Sequence record: DRR723986_1848
Direction: 5' to 3' (one strand)
Length of the DNA: 64,000 nucleotides
The notes beneath the pieces are model-generated. The model worked only from the letters and a program-made list of their open reading frames with translations, was not told the DNA's origin and made no database searches. Every line of letters begins with the position of its first letter. Position 1 is the first letter of the stretch. The position numbers and the translations under genes are program-made. Positions 1 through 9,498 of the stretch are shown here, piece after piece.

Positions 1-816
1 GCGCATGCAGTGGTGGATACGGCCCGGGCCCAAGCGTCCCTGCGCGATCTCAAAGCCCTTGCCCAGACCAGCAATGACATTGCCCAAAGGGACGCGCACA
101 TTCTTGAACTCCACCTCGCCGTGGCCGTGCGGCTCATCGTAAGTGCCGAACACTGGCAACATGCGTTTGACAGAAACACCAGGGGTATTCAACGGCACCA
201 GCACCATGGTGTGTTGGTGATGACGATCCAAATCCGGATTTTCTGTTCGGGCCATGACAATGGCAATTTTGGCACGCGGGTCACCAATGCCGCTGCTCCA
301 CCACTTAGTGCCGTTGATGACTACTTCATTGCCCTCCAGGGTGGCTGTGGCTTGCATATTGGTCGCGTCGCTGCTGGCCACATCAGGCTCTGTCATGCAA
401 AACACAGACCGAATTTCACCTGCAAGCAGGGGCTCCAGCCATTCCTTTTTTTGCTCGGCATTGCCGTATTTCCACAGCACTTCCATGTTGCCGGTGTCGG
501 GTGCGTTGCAATTGAACACCTCGGGTGCCATCAGGCTGCGGCCGGTTTCTTCGGCAATCAAGGCGTATTCCATGGTGCTCAGGCCTGCGCCAAGTTTGTC
601 ATCGGGCAGGAACATATTCCACAGGCCTGCCTCGCGCGCCTTGCTTTTCAGGGCTTCCATTTCAGGGGGAATGCGCCAGTTGTTCCACTCGCGGCCATTG
701 CACTGGGCCTCTATTTTGTCCCAGTAAGCAGCCTCTAGCGGTGCGATTTCGTTTTTCATGAAGGCGCGAACGCGCTTTACAAAGTCTTGCGCTTTGGCGC
801 TGGGTTCAAAATTCAC
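1..816 (-). CDS. Acyl-CoA dehydrogenase (N-terminal part; runs off the left edge)
   Basis: Manual minus-strand translation from GTG 816: MNFEPSAKAQDFVKRVRAFM...GLWNMFLP...APEVFNCNAPDTGNMEVL...FCMTEPDVASSDATN. The + strand ORF 10..738 is its antisense shadow. Confidence 0.9.
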   Translation of the reverse strand, partial: MNFEPSAKAQDFVKRVRAFMKNEIAPLEAAYWDKIEAQCNGREWNNWRIPPEMEALKSKAREAGLWNMFLPDDKLGAGLSTMEYALIAEETGRSLMAPEVFNCNAPDTGNMEVLWKYGNAEQKKEWLEPLLAGEIRSVFCMTEPDVASSDATNMQATATLEGNEVVINGTKWWSSGIGDPRAKIAIVMARTENPDLDRHHQHTMVLVPLNTPGVSVKRMLPVFGTYDEPHGHGEVEFKNVRVPLGNVIAGLGKGFEIAQGRLGPGRIHHCMR

Positions 817-900
817 AACCGGTCTCCTGATTATTTTGACGGTTCGGCTTGTTTCCTCCGATATCATCCATGCTAACGGAAATTACAAGGTGTCAACAAT

Positions 901-2034
901 ATGCGTGCTTTGGGCAAAGTTTTGATTGCAGTGGTCCTGCTGCCAGTGGCGGTTATTGGTGGTGTGGTGTTGTTTGGTTCAACGCTTGTGGAACCTGTGG
1001 CCTGGAAGCCGGCACCCATGCCCAGTTTGACCGCAGGGCCCTATGCCAGCAACAATTTGCTGGACCAAGCCGAGGTATTTGGCACGTACAACCTGCTTCA
1101 GCCCGAGTCAATCGAACCTGGCCCTGATGGCTTGTTGTACACCGGCATGAACACCGGTGAAATTGTTCGGTTTGACCCAGAGAATCTGCAAGTCAAAGAA
1201 AGCCCCCAAACCACGCCCTTTGATCTGATTGCCAACACCAAAGGCCGCCCCTTGGGTTTGGTGTTCCATCCAGAGGGTTTTCTGGTGGTGGCCGATGCGA
1301 TCAAGGGCTTGTTGAAAGTGACCCTGCAAGGCGAAGTCACAGTGCTCTCGACTGAGTCGGAAGGTGTGCCATTCAAGTTTGTAGACGATGTGGCGGTGAG
1401 TGCCGATGGCCGCTATGCCTATTTTTCGGATGCTTCCAGCAAGTTTGATTTCAACAATTATGTGCTCGATGTGCTTGAACACGGCCCGAACGGACGATTG
1501 CTTCAATATGATTTCCAAACCGGTGAAACAAAAACATTACTCAGTGGTTTGCAATTTGCCAACGGTGTAACAATTTCAAAGGCTGGCGACTATGTGTTGG
1601 TGAACGAAACTGGCGAATACCGAATTGTGCGGTATTGGTTGCAAGGTGAGAGGGCCGGAACTCGCGATGTGTTTGTCGATGGCTTGCCCGGTTTCCCAGA
1701 CAATATTCGCACGGATGTGGACGGAAACTACTGGGTTGCCGTACCCAGTTTACGTGACCCCCTGCTCGATTCCCTTGCCGATCAACCTGCTGTTCGAAAA
1801 GCAATGGCAAAATTATTGAACTACGTTCAATTCCCGATCAAGCCCAAGGCCATGGCGCTGGCGATCAACCCGCAAGGCACCGTGATTGCCAATCTGCAGG
1901 CGGAGAAGGCGGGTGCTTACTATTATTACGTCACGCAGGTGACGCCCTTTAATGGCAAACTGTACCTCGGGTCAGTGCATATCAACGGAATTGCAACTAT
2001 TTCCAATCCACTGGGTCAGTCACCAAGCGAATAA
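901..2034 (+). CDS. Strictosidine synthase / SMP-30 family beta-propeller enzyme
   Basis: N-terminal membrane anchor; GRPLGL, FSDASSKF, GLQFANGV and LPGFPDNI motifs. Confidence 0.88.
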   Translation: MRALGKVLIAVVLLPVAVIGGVVLFGSTLVEPVAWKPAPMPSLTAGPYASNNLLDQAEVFGTYNLLQPESIEPGPDGLLYTGMNTGEIVRFDPENLQVKESPQTTPFDLIANTKGRPLGLVFHPEGFLVVADAIKGLLKVTLQGEVTVLSTESEGVPFKFVDDVAVSADGRYAYFSDASSKFDFNNYVLDVLEHGPNGRLLQYDFQTGETKTLLSGLQFANGVTISKAGDYVLVNETGEYRIVRYWLQGERAGTRDVFVDGLPGFPDNIRTDVDGNYWVAVPSLRDPLLDSLADQPAVRKAMAKLLNYVQFPIKPKAMALAINPQGTVIANLQAEKAGAYYYYVTQVTPFNGKLYLGSVHINGIATISNPLGQSPSE

Positions 2035-2049
2035 AACAGGAGAGAAGAA

Positions 2050-2553
2050 ATGGCCAAAGCAGCAAAGAAACCCGACATGCCCTCAATCAATATTGGCATC
2101 CCAGATGCCAAGCGTGCCGCGATTGCTCAGGCGCTTAGCCGTTTGCTGGCCGAGACCTACACCTTGTACCTGACCACGCACAATTTCCACTGGAACGTGA
2201 CCGGAAAAATGTTCAACACCTTGCACACCATGTTCATGGGTCAGTACACCGAAATGTGGAATGCTGTCGATCCAATCGCAGAGCGTATTCGGGCGCTTGG
2301 TTTTCATGCGCCAGGTTCGTATGCCGAATTTGCGAAGTTAAGTACTTTGAAAGACGCGCCCGCCAAGCCGCCCAAGGCCATGGAAATGGTGGAAATTCTT
2401 GCCAAGGGTCACGAAGCGATTGCACGCACCGCCCGCGAAATTTTTCCAATCATCGAAGACGGCGATGATCAGCCGTCTGCTGATTTATTGACTCAACGCA
2501 TGGACATTCACGAAAAAACCGCCTGGATGTTGCGTGCCTTGCTGGAGGATTAA
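2050..2553 (+). CDS. dps: Dps family DNA starvation/stationary phase protection protein
   Basis: THNFHWNVTG, LH..F..QY, AERIRALG and HEKTAWML motifs. Confidence 0.92.
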   Translation: MAKAAKKPDMPSINIGIPDAKRAAIAQALSRLLAETYTLYLTTHNFHWNVTGKMFNTLHTMFMGQYTEMWNAVDPIAERIRALGFHAPGSYAEFAKLSTLKDAPAKPPKAMEMVEILAKGHEAIARTAREIFPIIEDGDDQPSADLLTQRMDIHEKTAWMLRALLED

Positions 2554-2642
2554 TTCAGGTAATTGGTTTTAACCCAAGCGGTGGGCCGACTTGTTTTGCC
2601 CCCCATTTGCATCTGTTTTATCTTGCAGCGAGTAGTGTTAAC

Positions 2643-3191
2643 GTGACTGAAAAAATTTCTCCAGACCCCAGCGACTTTGACTACGAGGCTGCGCTACTGG
2701 CCTGCGCGCGCGGTGAAAAATTTGCGTTACAGGCAATTTATGCACGAGACAGCCGCTGGTTGTTCGCGGTGGCTTATCGGATTGTGAAGCGGCGTGAGCT
2801 GGCTGAAGAGGTTTTACACGATGCCATGGTCAAGGTCTGGAATCGATCTCGGTTATACTCTCCCGCCTTGGGGTCTGCGCGCGGTTGGGTGTACACGGTG
2901 GTGCGTAACCAAGCGTTAAATACTGTGCGCAAGCGCTCGATGGAAGTGTCTTCCGAAGAGCACGATATTCCGGAGTTGTCGACCAATGACAATCAGGAGT
3001 TGGCGCAAGAAGCCGAAAAACTCAGTGTGTGTTTGGGCAAGCTGGACGAAACCAAACGCAACGCGATTGTGCTGGCTTTTGTCGATGGTTATACCCACGA
3101 ACAAATTGCACAACGATTGAATTCGCCCCTCGGCAGCGTCAAAAGCTGGATACGCCGGGGATTGTTGAAATTGAAGGAGTGTTTGTCATGA
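2643..3191 (+). CDS. ECF sigma-70 factor (SigK/RpoE-like)
   Basis: Region 2 AEEVLHDAMVKVW; region 4 THEQIAQRLNSPLGSVKSWIRRGL. Start chosen at GTG 2643 (ORF track begins at 2607). Confidence 0.88.
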   Translation: MTEKISPDPSDFDYEAALLACARGEKFALQAIYARDSRWLFAVAYRIVKRRELAEEVLHDAMVKVWNRSRLYSPALGSARGWVYTVVRNQALNTVRKRSMEVSSEEHDIPELSTNDNQELAQEAEKLSVCLGKLDETKRNAIVLAFVDGYTHEQIAQRLNSPLGSVKSWIRRGLLKLKECLS

Positions 3192-3907
3192 CAGAGACGA
3201 CGCAGACAGAAGCCAAGATTGTTGAGGCTGGCGAGTACGTGCTCGGCGTAATGACAGACGCTGAGCGACAGGATTTCGAGCGACGCTTGAACCAGGACCC
3301 CGAGCTGGCCAAAGAAGTGAGCAGTTGGACAGAACACTTCGCCGCCATGTCCAGAAAGTTTGAGCAAGAACCCGTGAATGCCAAAGTGTGGGCCAAAGTA
3401 GACCGTTCAATCGCCATGGCAGGAGAAAAAGCCTCAGCATCGACGGCCTCGCCTTTCGCGTGGTTGTGGAAGGGATGGGCGGTGGCAGCCAGTGCTGCAG
3501 CGGTGGTACTGGGTGTGCAGCTGTTGGGTGCCAGCCAGGAACTTAACGATGGACCTCGGTATGTGGCGGTGATGAAAAGCCCCGACAAAACCACGGAGTG
3601 GCTTGTTGAGGCGCGGCCCAACGACACCATTCGCGTGTATCAAATTGGTGGTCTGCCCATTGAAGGCAACCCCGCCAATATGGGAAAAAGCTTGCAGCTA
3701 TGGACCAAAGCCCCCACCGACGCTGGTCCTACATCCCTCGGTTTGATGGAATTGGGAAAGCCTCTGGAATTGCCCGCGGACATGTTACCCAAGCTGGTTG
3801 AACAGCAGTTGTTTGAAGTGACGCTGGAGCCAGCAGGTGGATCTCCTTTGGGCAACCGACCTTCCGGTGAAATCATGTTCATTGGTACTGCTGTGGCGTT
3901 GAAATAA
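3188..3907 (+). CDS. Anti-sigma factor, RskA-like
   Basis: AGEYVLG N-terminus, single TM helix, LQLW...FEVTLEPAGGSP...PSG; overlaps the sigma factor stop (ATGA). Confidence 0.85.
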   Translation: MTETTQTEAKIVEAGEYVLGVMTDAERQDFERRLNQDPELAKEVSSWTEHFAAMSRKFEQEPVNAKVWAKVDRSIAMAGEKASASTASPFAWLWKGWAVAASAAAVVLGVQLLGASQELNDGPRYVAVMKSPDKTTEWLVEARPNDTIRVYQIGGLPIEGNPANMGKSLQLWTKAPTDAGPTSLGLMELGKPLELPADMLPKLVEQQLFEVTLEPAGGSPLGNRPSGEIMFIGTAVALK

Positions 3908-3923
3908 ATTTGATGGTAAGAAT

Positions 3924-3956
3924 AAAAAAACCCCGGTCTTTTGGACCGGGGTTTTT
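3924..3956. terminator. Bidirectional rho-independent terminator
   Basis: AAAAAAACCCCGGTC-TTTTG-GACCGGGGTTTTT between convergent genes. Confidence 0.85.
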
Positions 3957-3975
3957 GTTTGGTCAATCAGTTTTA

Positions 3976-5730
3976 TTAGAACTTGATTGTCAAAGCGCGT
4001 ATATCCGTGCTTGCAGTTGCACCAGTTCCAATTTCTGCGGTTCCACTGGCGGTAGATACCGGGCTTATTTGAACCGCGGCCGGTGTGCCTGATGCCGCAA
4101 GTGCGGAGGTGAACAAGCTAAATGCACCCGTAGCACCCACCCTGTTTGCCATCAAAACCATACCATTGTCGCCGCCGGAAATATCAAAACCACCATACTG
4201 ATTAAAAATAGTGCTGAAATTTCCAATTAGGGCAAGCACACCACCATTTGCATTGGTTTGCTGCAATAGTCGATTATTCCTGGTATCGATATCAAAGAGC
4301 CTTGTTGAGCTTGGTAAGGGATTGGCGAAGCTGTTTGTGTATGCAACTTGACCGATGTTGAAATCAGCTGGAGTTGGTGCTGTGGCGAAAGCAAGTGGGA
4401 TGTCACGGATAGACTCTCCGCCTCCGTCCACAACTGTTGGCGGAACCCTTAGATTTTCTGATTCTTCTGTCACAGGCACCATATTGGCATCAGTGACAAT
4501 AGCAGTGCTCACTACGCGAAGCGCATTCGCCATTGGATTGAAGTCGATCGTGTAGCTTCTTCCGTCGGTAATTCCGGTTGTGATTGGATTAACGGCAGCG
4601 ATAGTGACCGTTGATGCAACAGTAGCTGCACCGGTATCAGGGTTAATTTTGAAAATTCTTCCGCTGCTTGATAATCCATAGAGAGTGCTGTTGGCTGGAC
4701 GGTAGTCGATTGAGAGCAAACTCTCATTCATGGCCAAGCCAGATAAGCTTACAGCAGTCACTTGATTTGGTGTACGGATACCAAATTTCAACAAACGTTG
4801 CGCTCCACCGGTAGCCCCATCCAATGCGATGGCTTGCGGCGCAGCAGGTTGCACTAAAGCCATTCCGATAATGCCCGATACGTTGAGATTGCCGATTAGA
4901 GTGGCAACTGTAGGTGGAGTCATACTCGGTGGAGTGGGCTGAAGTGGCAACGTTGCTGTTGAATCAGGAATAGCGATTCGATAAAAGCCGATATTGCTAC
5001 CCACATTCAGTAATGCGTAGCCTACGTTGTTGCGGGAATCAATATCAAACCCTGCTATTCCTTCGGCATCTGCGCCAAGTGATGCCACTACAACTTGTGT
5101 GCCATCATTGGGTGGATTTTGGAATATCAGATTATCGGCATCTGTATCAATATTAAGCAAACGTGTGCTGGTGGTGCCGTCGAACGAGTTGGTGTAGGCT
5201 GCGCCAGAAATGTCAGCATCTAAATCAGAAATTGGTCCATCAACCGTAGTTTGACCAGCAGTCCGTGCAGGCATCCCTGGGGCGTCGACTACAAAAATTC
5301 TCAGATTTTCTCCAGTGTCAGCAATAACACGCAGCGCATCAGCCATCGGATTGAAGTCAACTGCAAAAGATGTCGCTGCTGGATTTAAAGTAGCGGTCAG
5401 AATTGCACCAGCTGTAGCCACACCGGTTGCTGTGTTGATCGTATATAGACGCCCACCGTTGGCTGGTGTAGTTGTGCGTGCAATCGCATAAAGTTGGCCA
5501 TCTCTAGGGCGGAAATCCATGCCCAGAAGTGTATCCCCTGCCATTAAGCCGCTGACTGCAACAGAGGTGCGAATTACGCTCGGTTGGTCACGATTAAATG
5601 TGGCCAGTTGCCCATTTGATGTCAATACAAAAACATCACCCGCACTGAGCACGGTGTTGTCGTCCGAAAAACAACCACCCAATACCAAACTGGACAAAGC
5701 CAGCGCCACAAATTTTTTCTTGAATTTCAT
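3976..5730 (-). CDS. DUF4394 tandem-domain lipoprotein
   Basis: Lipobox LVLGGC after MKFKKK; two repeats of GMDFRP/SIDYRP...DFNPMA.ALRV...AYTNSF. Confidence 0.75.
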   Translation of the reverse strand: MKFKKKFVALALSSLVLGGCFSDDNTVLSAGDVFVLTSNGQLATFNRDQPSVIRTSVAVSGLMAGDTLLGMDFRPRDGQLYAIARTTTPANGGRLYTINTATGVATAGAILTATLNPAATSFAVDFNPMADALRVIADTGENLRIFVVDAPGMPARTAGQTTVDGPISDLDADISGAAYTNSFDGTTSTRLLNIDTDADNLIFQNPPNDGTQVVVASLGADAEGIAGFDIDSRNNVGYALLNVGSNIGFYRIAIPDSTATLPLQPTPPSMTPPTVATLIGNLNVSGIIGMALVQPAAPQAIALDGATGGAQRLLKFGIRTPNQVTAVSLSGLAMNESLLSIDYRPANSTLYGLSSSGRIFKINPDTGAATVASTVTIAAVNPITTGITDGRSYTIDFNPMANALRVVSTAIVTDANMVPVTEESENLRVPPTVVDGGGESIRDIPLAFATAPTPADFNIGQVAYTNSFANPLPSSTRLFDIDTRNNRLLQQTNANGGVLALIGNFSTIFNQYGGFDISGGDNGMVLMANRVGATGAFSLFTSALAASGTPAAVQISPVSTASGTAEIGTGATASTDIRALTIKF

Positions 5731-5818
5731 TTGAATCCCTCTGTCGTTGATGCTTAAAACAGGTGCCAAACTACATGTCGACACAGAGGGAACACTGGGT
5801 GGGGTGTTTTGGATGCAG

Positions 5819-6529
5819 CTAGTTGATTTGTCCTTTCTGCTTCAGGCCTTCAAGATTCAGAATTTCAATATTGCCGCGCCCCAGCAACAGCAAGCCTTCA
5901 TGTTCCAGTTCTTTGAGCATCTGGTTCACTGTTTGCCGTGAAATCGACAGCATGGCCGAGAGCTTCTCTTGTGACACATGCAGCGTGCGAGCGCTTACAG
6001 TGCTGCTGTCCGATCGTATGCCATAGCCTTCGGCCATTTGGAGCAGGCGGCGTGCAAGGCGCGTGGGGGTGGGCAGAAGCGCTGCGTCTTCGATGGCGCC
6101 GAATATCAGTCGAACCTTCTGAGTCAACAGCAGGCCAAATTCGCGCCAGTAATTTGGATTGTCTGAAATCAGCTGATCGAGCAGGGCTTGACGCACATGA
6201 AACACAGTGGCGGGTCCATCTGCCAGCGCATCGTGGGTACGGGGTTGGCGATCAAACAGGCAAATTTCTCCAAACCAGTCTGGTGGGTCAATCAGGGTCA
6301 GGATCACGTGCTTGTCCTCGGCGCCGTGTTTGCTCGCGCCCACAATTTGAACCGACCCACTGAGCACCGCGTACAAGCCGTCAGCACAGTCGCCTCTTGA
6401 AAACAGCCGTTGCCCGTTTTGAAACTGTCGCAAGACGCCGTGTTTTAGCAGGGCCTGTTGCAGGTTAGCGGGCAAATTGGCAAACCATTTTCCACGGTTC
6501 AATATTTGTTGAATGTTGTGTGTTTGCAT
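5819..6529 (-). CDS. Crp/Fnr family transcriptional regulator
   Basis: cNMP domain (FGEICLFDRQPRTHDA) and HTH SQEKLSAMLSISRQTVNQML; start placed at ATG 6529. Confidence 0.88.
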   Translation of the reverse strand: MQTHNIQQILNRGKWFANLPANLQQALLKHGVLRQFQNGQRLFSRGDCADGLYAVLSGSVQIVGASKHGAEDKHVILTLIDPPDWFGEICLFDRQPRTHDALADGPATVFHVRQALLDQLISDNPNYWREFGLLLTQKVRLIFGAIEDAALLPTPTRLARRLLQMAEGYGIRSDSSTVSARTLHVSQEKLSAMLSISRQTVNQMLKELEHEGLLLLGRGNIEILNLEGLKQKGQIN

Positions 6530-6670
6530 TGTTTTTTGGTATGTCTCCACCTGTCCTACTAAATTAGCATCAAATGTCAGGCAATTGACAGACCTTTCAG
6601 GCTTGATTTGTAACCATATAAGCTCAAAATCAAACATTTAGAGTATTTCCCGCTTCAAGGAGAACAAGCC

Positions 6671-7192
6671 ATGAGAACGTTGGTCGACCAACTGGCAACT
6701 TATGCCACGTATCATCGTGACCCGCGCAATATTGCCACGCACTTCGTGGGCGTTCCTATTATTGTGTTGTCGGTGTTAATTCTGTTGTCGCGTGTGTCGG
6801 TGGATGTGGCCGGTATTGCGGTCACGCCCGCCTTGGTGGTGTTTTTGCTATCCAGCCTGTTTTATCTCAAGTTGAGCCTTGGCTATGGTTTGGCCATGTT
6901 TGTGATTCACGGGGCCTTGCTGCTCGCCGCCGGGCATTTCGCAACCCTGAGTACTGCGGCTTGGTTAGGTGCTGGCGTTGGAATTTTTGTGGTGGGTTGG
7001 ATTATCCAGTTTGTGGGCCACTATTACGAAGGTCGCAAGCCCGCCTTTGTTGATGACTTGATTGGACTGGCCATCGGCCCACTGTTTGTAGTAGCCGAAC
7101 TGGGTTTTCTAATTGGCTTGGGCAAGAAAACCCAAGCGCAAGTTGAGGCCATTGCCGGCCCGGTGCGCCGACGCGAAACGGCCAGCGCTTAA
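6671..7192 (+). CDS. DUF962 / Mpo1-like membrane protein
   Basis: YHRDPRNIATHFVGVP and QFVGHYYEGRKPAF motifs. Confidence 0.85.
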   Translation: MRTLVDQLATYATYHRDPRNIATHFVGVPIIVLSVLILLSRVSVDVAGIAVTPALVVFLLSSLFYLKLSLGYGLAMFVIHGALLLAAGHFATLSTAAWLGAGVGIFVVGWIIQFVGHYYEGRKPAFVDDLIGLAIGPLFVVAELGFLIGLGKKTQAQVEAIAGPVRRRETASA

Positions 7193-7220
7193 GTCAAAAC
7201 CAAGTGTCGCAGGGGGTTCA

Positions 7221-7553
7221 TTAGAACCCCCAATGCACATCCACCTCTTTTTTCGCGGCTTCTTCCAGCATTTTCATCAAAGGGTAAGCCCTTTGTTCAA
7301 GGCCCACATGATTTTTCAGGGCGATTTTTTCTTCCGCGCTCAGCTCATCTTCATTAATCGGGTTTTCAGCTCGAGCCATGCGCTCAGCATTCACTGCCGC
7401 CACCAGCTGTGCATGGGCATGGTTTAGGTCTCGTGGTTCAATCACGCCCCTCTCACTGGGTTCAATACCCATAATCCGGAACAGTTGGTCTGCATTGGAT
7501 TTGAACATCACAATGTCGCCGGCTGCTTTCGATTTGAATTTCACAATACCCAT
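7221..7553 (-). CDS. DUF1840 family protein
   Basis: MGIVKFKSKAAGDIVM...QRAYPL..ML......V.WG pattern. Confidence 0.75.
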   Translation of the reverse strand: MGIVKFKSKAAGDIVMFKSNADQLFRIMGIEPSERGVIEPRDLNHAHAQLVAAVNAERMARAENPINEDELSAEEKIALKNHVGLEQRAYPLMKMLEEAAKKEVDVHWGF

Positions 7554-7643
7554 TCTGTCCACACTCTGGTTATCACTGCTATTGATCTGTATCAAGAGCC
7601 CCTACAATGGAGCACCTGCCTAATTTTCGCCTCAAAGCGCCTC

Positions 7644-8186
7644 ATGAAAACAGCCTTCGCTCAAAGCCGCGCCATTTTTGTCTATCTGCTTGCATTATGC
7701 GCCCTGGTTGCATGCTCGCCCCAGTTCAATTGGCGCGTGGTGCCCAATACCGACATCGGCTATATGGCTACTTTTCCCGACAAGCCGGCGCAGGCCACCC
7801 GAACCATGGATTTGATCGGTTTGCAGGTGCCTTTGACTTTGCAAGCCGCGCAAATTGACGGTCTGTATTTTGCTGTGGGCACGGTGCCCCTGCAGGGCGA
7901 ACTGGCAGCGCAAGGCCCAGCCCTGCGCGATGCGTTGGCCCAGGCGGTTGCCAACAACATTGCAGCGGGCCAGGCCGAGGTAAAGCCCATTCAATGGTTG
8001 GGCAAAACTGTTTATGAAATGTCGATCCAAGGCAAGTTGCCAAGCGGTGAAGAAGCTTTTGCGCAAGCCCGGTTCTTTGAGCACCAAGGTACATTGTATG
8101 AGGTGTTGATGATGGGCCCTGGCGAGGCTGCCAATCCCGATTCAGCCACTTCCTGGTTCGGCGGCTTTTCCCTTCTGGGGCAGTAA
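7644..8186 (+). CDS. Hypothetical lipoprotein
   Basis: Lipobox LVAC followed by SPQFNWR; coupled to the MFS gene (TAATG). Confidence 0.65.
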   Translation: MKTAFAQSRAIFVYLLALCALVACSPQFNWRVVPNTDIGYMATFPDKPAQATRTMDLIGLQVPLTLQAAQIDGLYFAVGTVPLQGELAAQGPALRDALAQAVANNIAAGQAEVKPIQWLGKTVYEMSIQGKLPSGEEAFAQARFFEHQGTLYEVLMMGPGEAANPDSATSWFGGFSLLGQ

Positions 8187-9496
8187 TGCAGTACAACCCG
8201 GAAAACGTCTCACGCGAGATTGGGCCAGATGGTGTAGAGCACATGTATGTGAATGGCAGCCTTGCCATGCGCATGTTCATTATTTTCGCGGCCGCCTATG
8301 TGATGTCCTATGCGTTCAGGGCCATCAATGCGGTCATCGCCCAACCTTTGGTTCAGGAACTGGGACTCACTGCCGGGCAGTTGGGTTTTCTGGCCTCGGC
8401 GTACTTTCTGTCGTTTGCCATCATGCAGTTGCCCGTCGGAGTCATGCTCGATCGCTACGGCCCAAGGCGGGTTGAGGCTGTGCTGATTGGTTTTGCGGCC
8501 TTGGGCGCGCTGTTGTTCGCGGTCGCCGATTCTTACCTGGTGTTGTGGTTGGGCCGAGCCTTGATAGGTGTGGGCGTTTCGGCCTGTTTAATGGCGGCTG
8601 TAAAGGCCTACTCCCTTTATTTTAGGCCACACATGCAGGCCAGTCTGTCATCCTGGATGTTGGTAGCCGGGTCGCTTGGGGCACTCACCGTCACCACACC
8701 CGTAGAGGCCGCCCTGCCTGCTTTGGGTTGGCGCGGCGTATTTGGTGTGGCAGCAGTGTTGTGTGTATTGGCGGGTCTGGCACTGTGGTTTGCTTTGCCC
8801 GCTTTGTTCAAACCCCAAAAAACCCAGTCGGTTGCCGACATGGCCCAGGGTTATCGGGCCATTTATGCACACCCTCATTTTTGGCGTGTTGCGCCTTTGG
8901 CCATGATCACGCAAGGTGGTTTCATGGCTTTTCATGGGTTGTGGGTGGGACCTTGGTTCACCAATGTGATCGGGGTCAGCAATGCACAGGCCGCGCAAAA
9001 CATGTTCTGGATTTCCGCAGTACTGATGCTGGGTTATCTCGCTTTGGGCTTTCTGACCAAACGGGTGTCCAAGGCAGGGGGCGACGAAGATCAAATCATG
9101 TTGATCGGCATGGGATTGTCTTTGCTTGTGTTTGCCGTTCAAATTGTGCAGGGTGAGCAGTCAAGCCTGTGGGGCTGGTTGGTCCATGCTTTCCTGATCT
9201 CGTCCGGCATCATGACTTACGCCACTTGCAACAAACCATTCCCCAAAAAACTCACGGGCCGGTCCAGCACTGCCTTGAATCTGCTGATCTTTATTGGTGC
9301 TTTCAGCATTCAATGGGGAATCGGCATAGGCATTGATACCTTTGTGGCATTGGGGTTGAACAGCACCGATGCCATGCGGTTATCGCTGACCATTTTATGG
9401 ATTCTGCAATTGCTCAGCTGGATTTGGTATGCTCGACCTGGTCGCAAGGCAAGTCATCTAATTCCGTTCGGGACAGGACAACAACATCGGGGGTGA
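8186..9496 (+). CDS. MFS transporter
   Basis: Multiple TM segments; motif A GVMLDRYGPRR. Confidence 0.88.
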   Translation: MQYNPENVSREIGPDGVEHMYVNGSLAMRMFIIFAAAYVMSYAFRAINAVIAQPLVQELGLTAGQLGFLASAYFLSFAIMQLPVGVMLDRYGPRRVEAVLIGFAALGALLFAVADSYLVLWLGRALIGVGVSACLMAAVKAYSLYFRPHMQASLSSWMLVAGSLGALTVTTPVEAALPALGWRGVFGVAAVLCVLAGLALWFALPALFKPQKTQSVADMAQGYRAIYAHPHFWRVAPLAMITQGGFMAFHGLWVGPWFTNVIGVSNAQAAQNMFWISAVLMLGYLALGFLTKRVSKAGGDEDQIMLIGMGLSLLVFAVQIVQGEQSSLWGWLVHAFLISSGIMTYATCNKPFPKKLTGRSSTALNLLIFIGAFSIQWGIGIGIDTFVALGLNSTDAMRLSLTILWILQLLSWIWYARPGRKASHLIPFGTGQQHRG

Positions 9497-9498
9497 GC

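Noticed and set aside
10-738. 242-aa plus-strand ORF
   Set aside because: Antisense shadow of the minus-strand acyl-CoA dehydrogenase.
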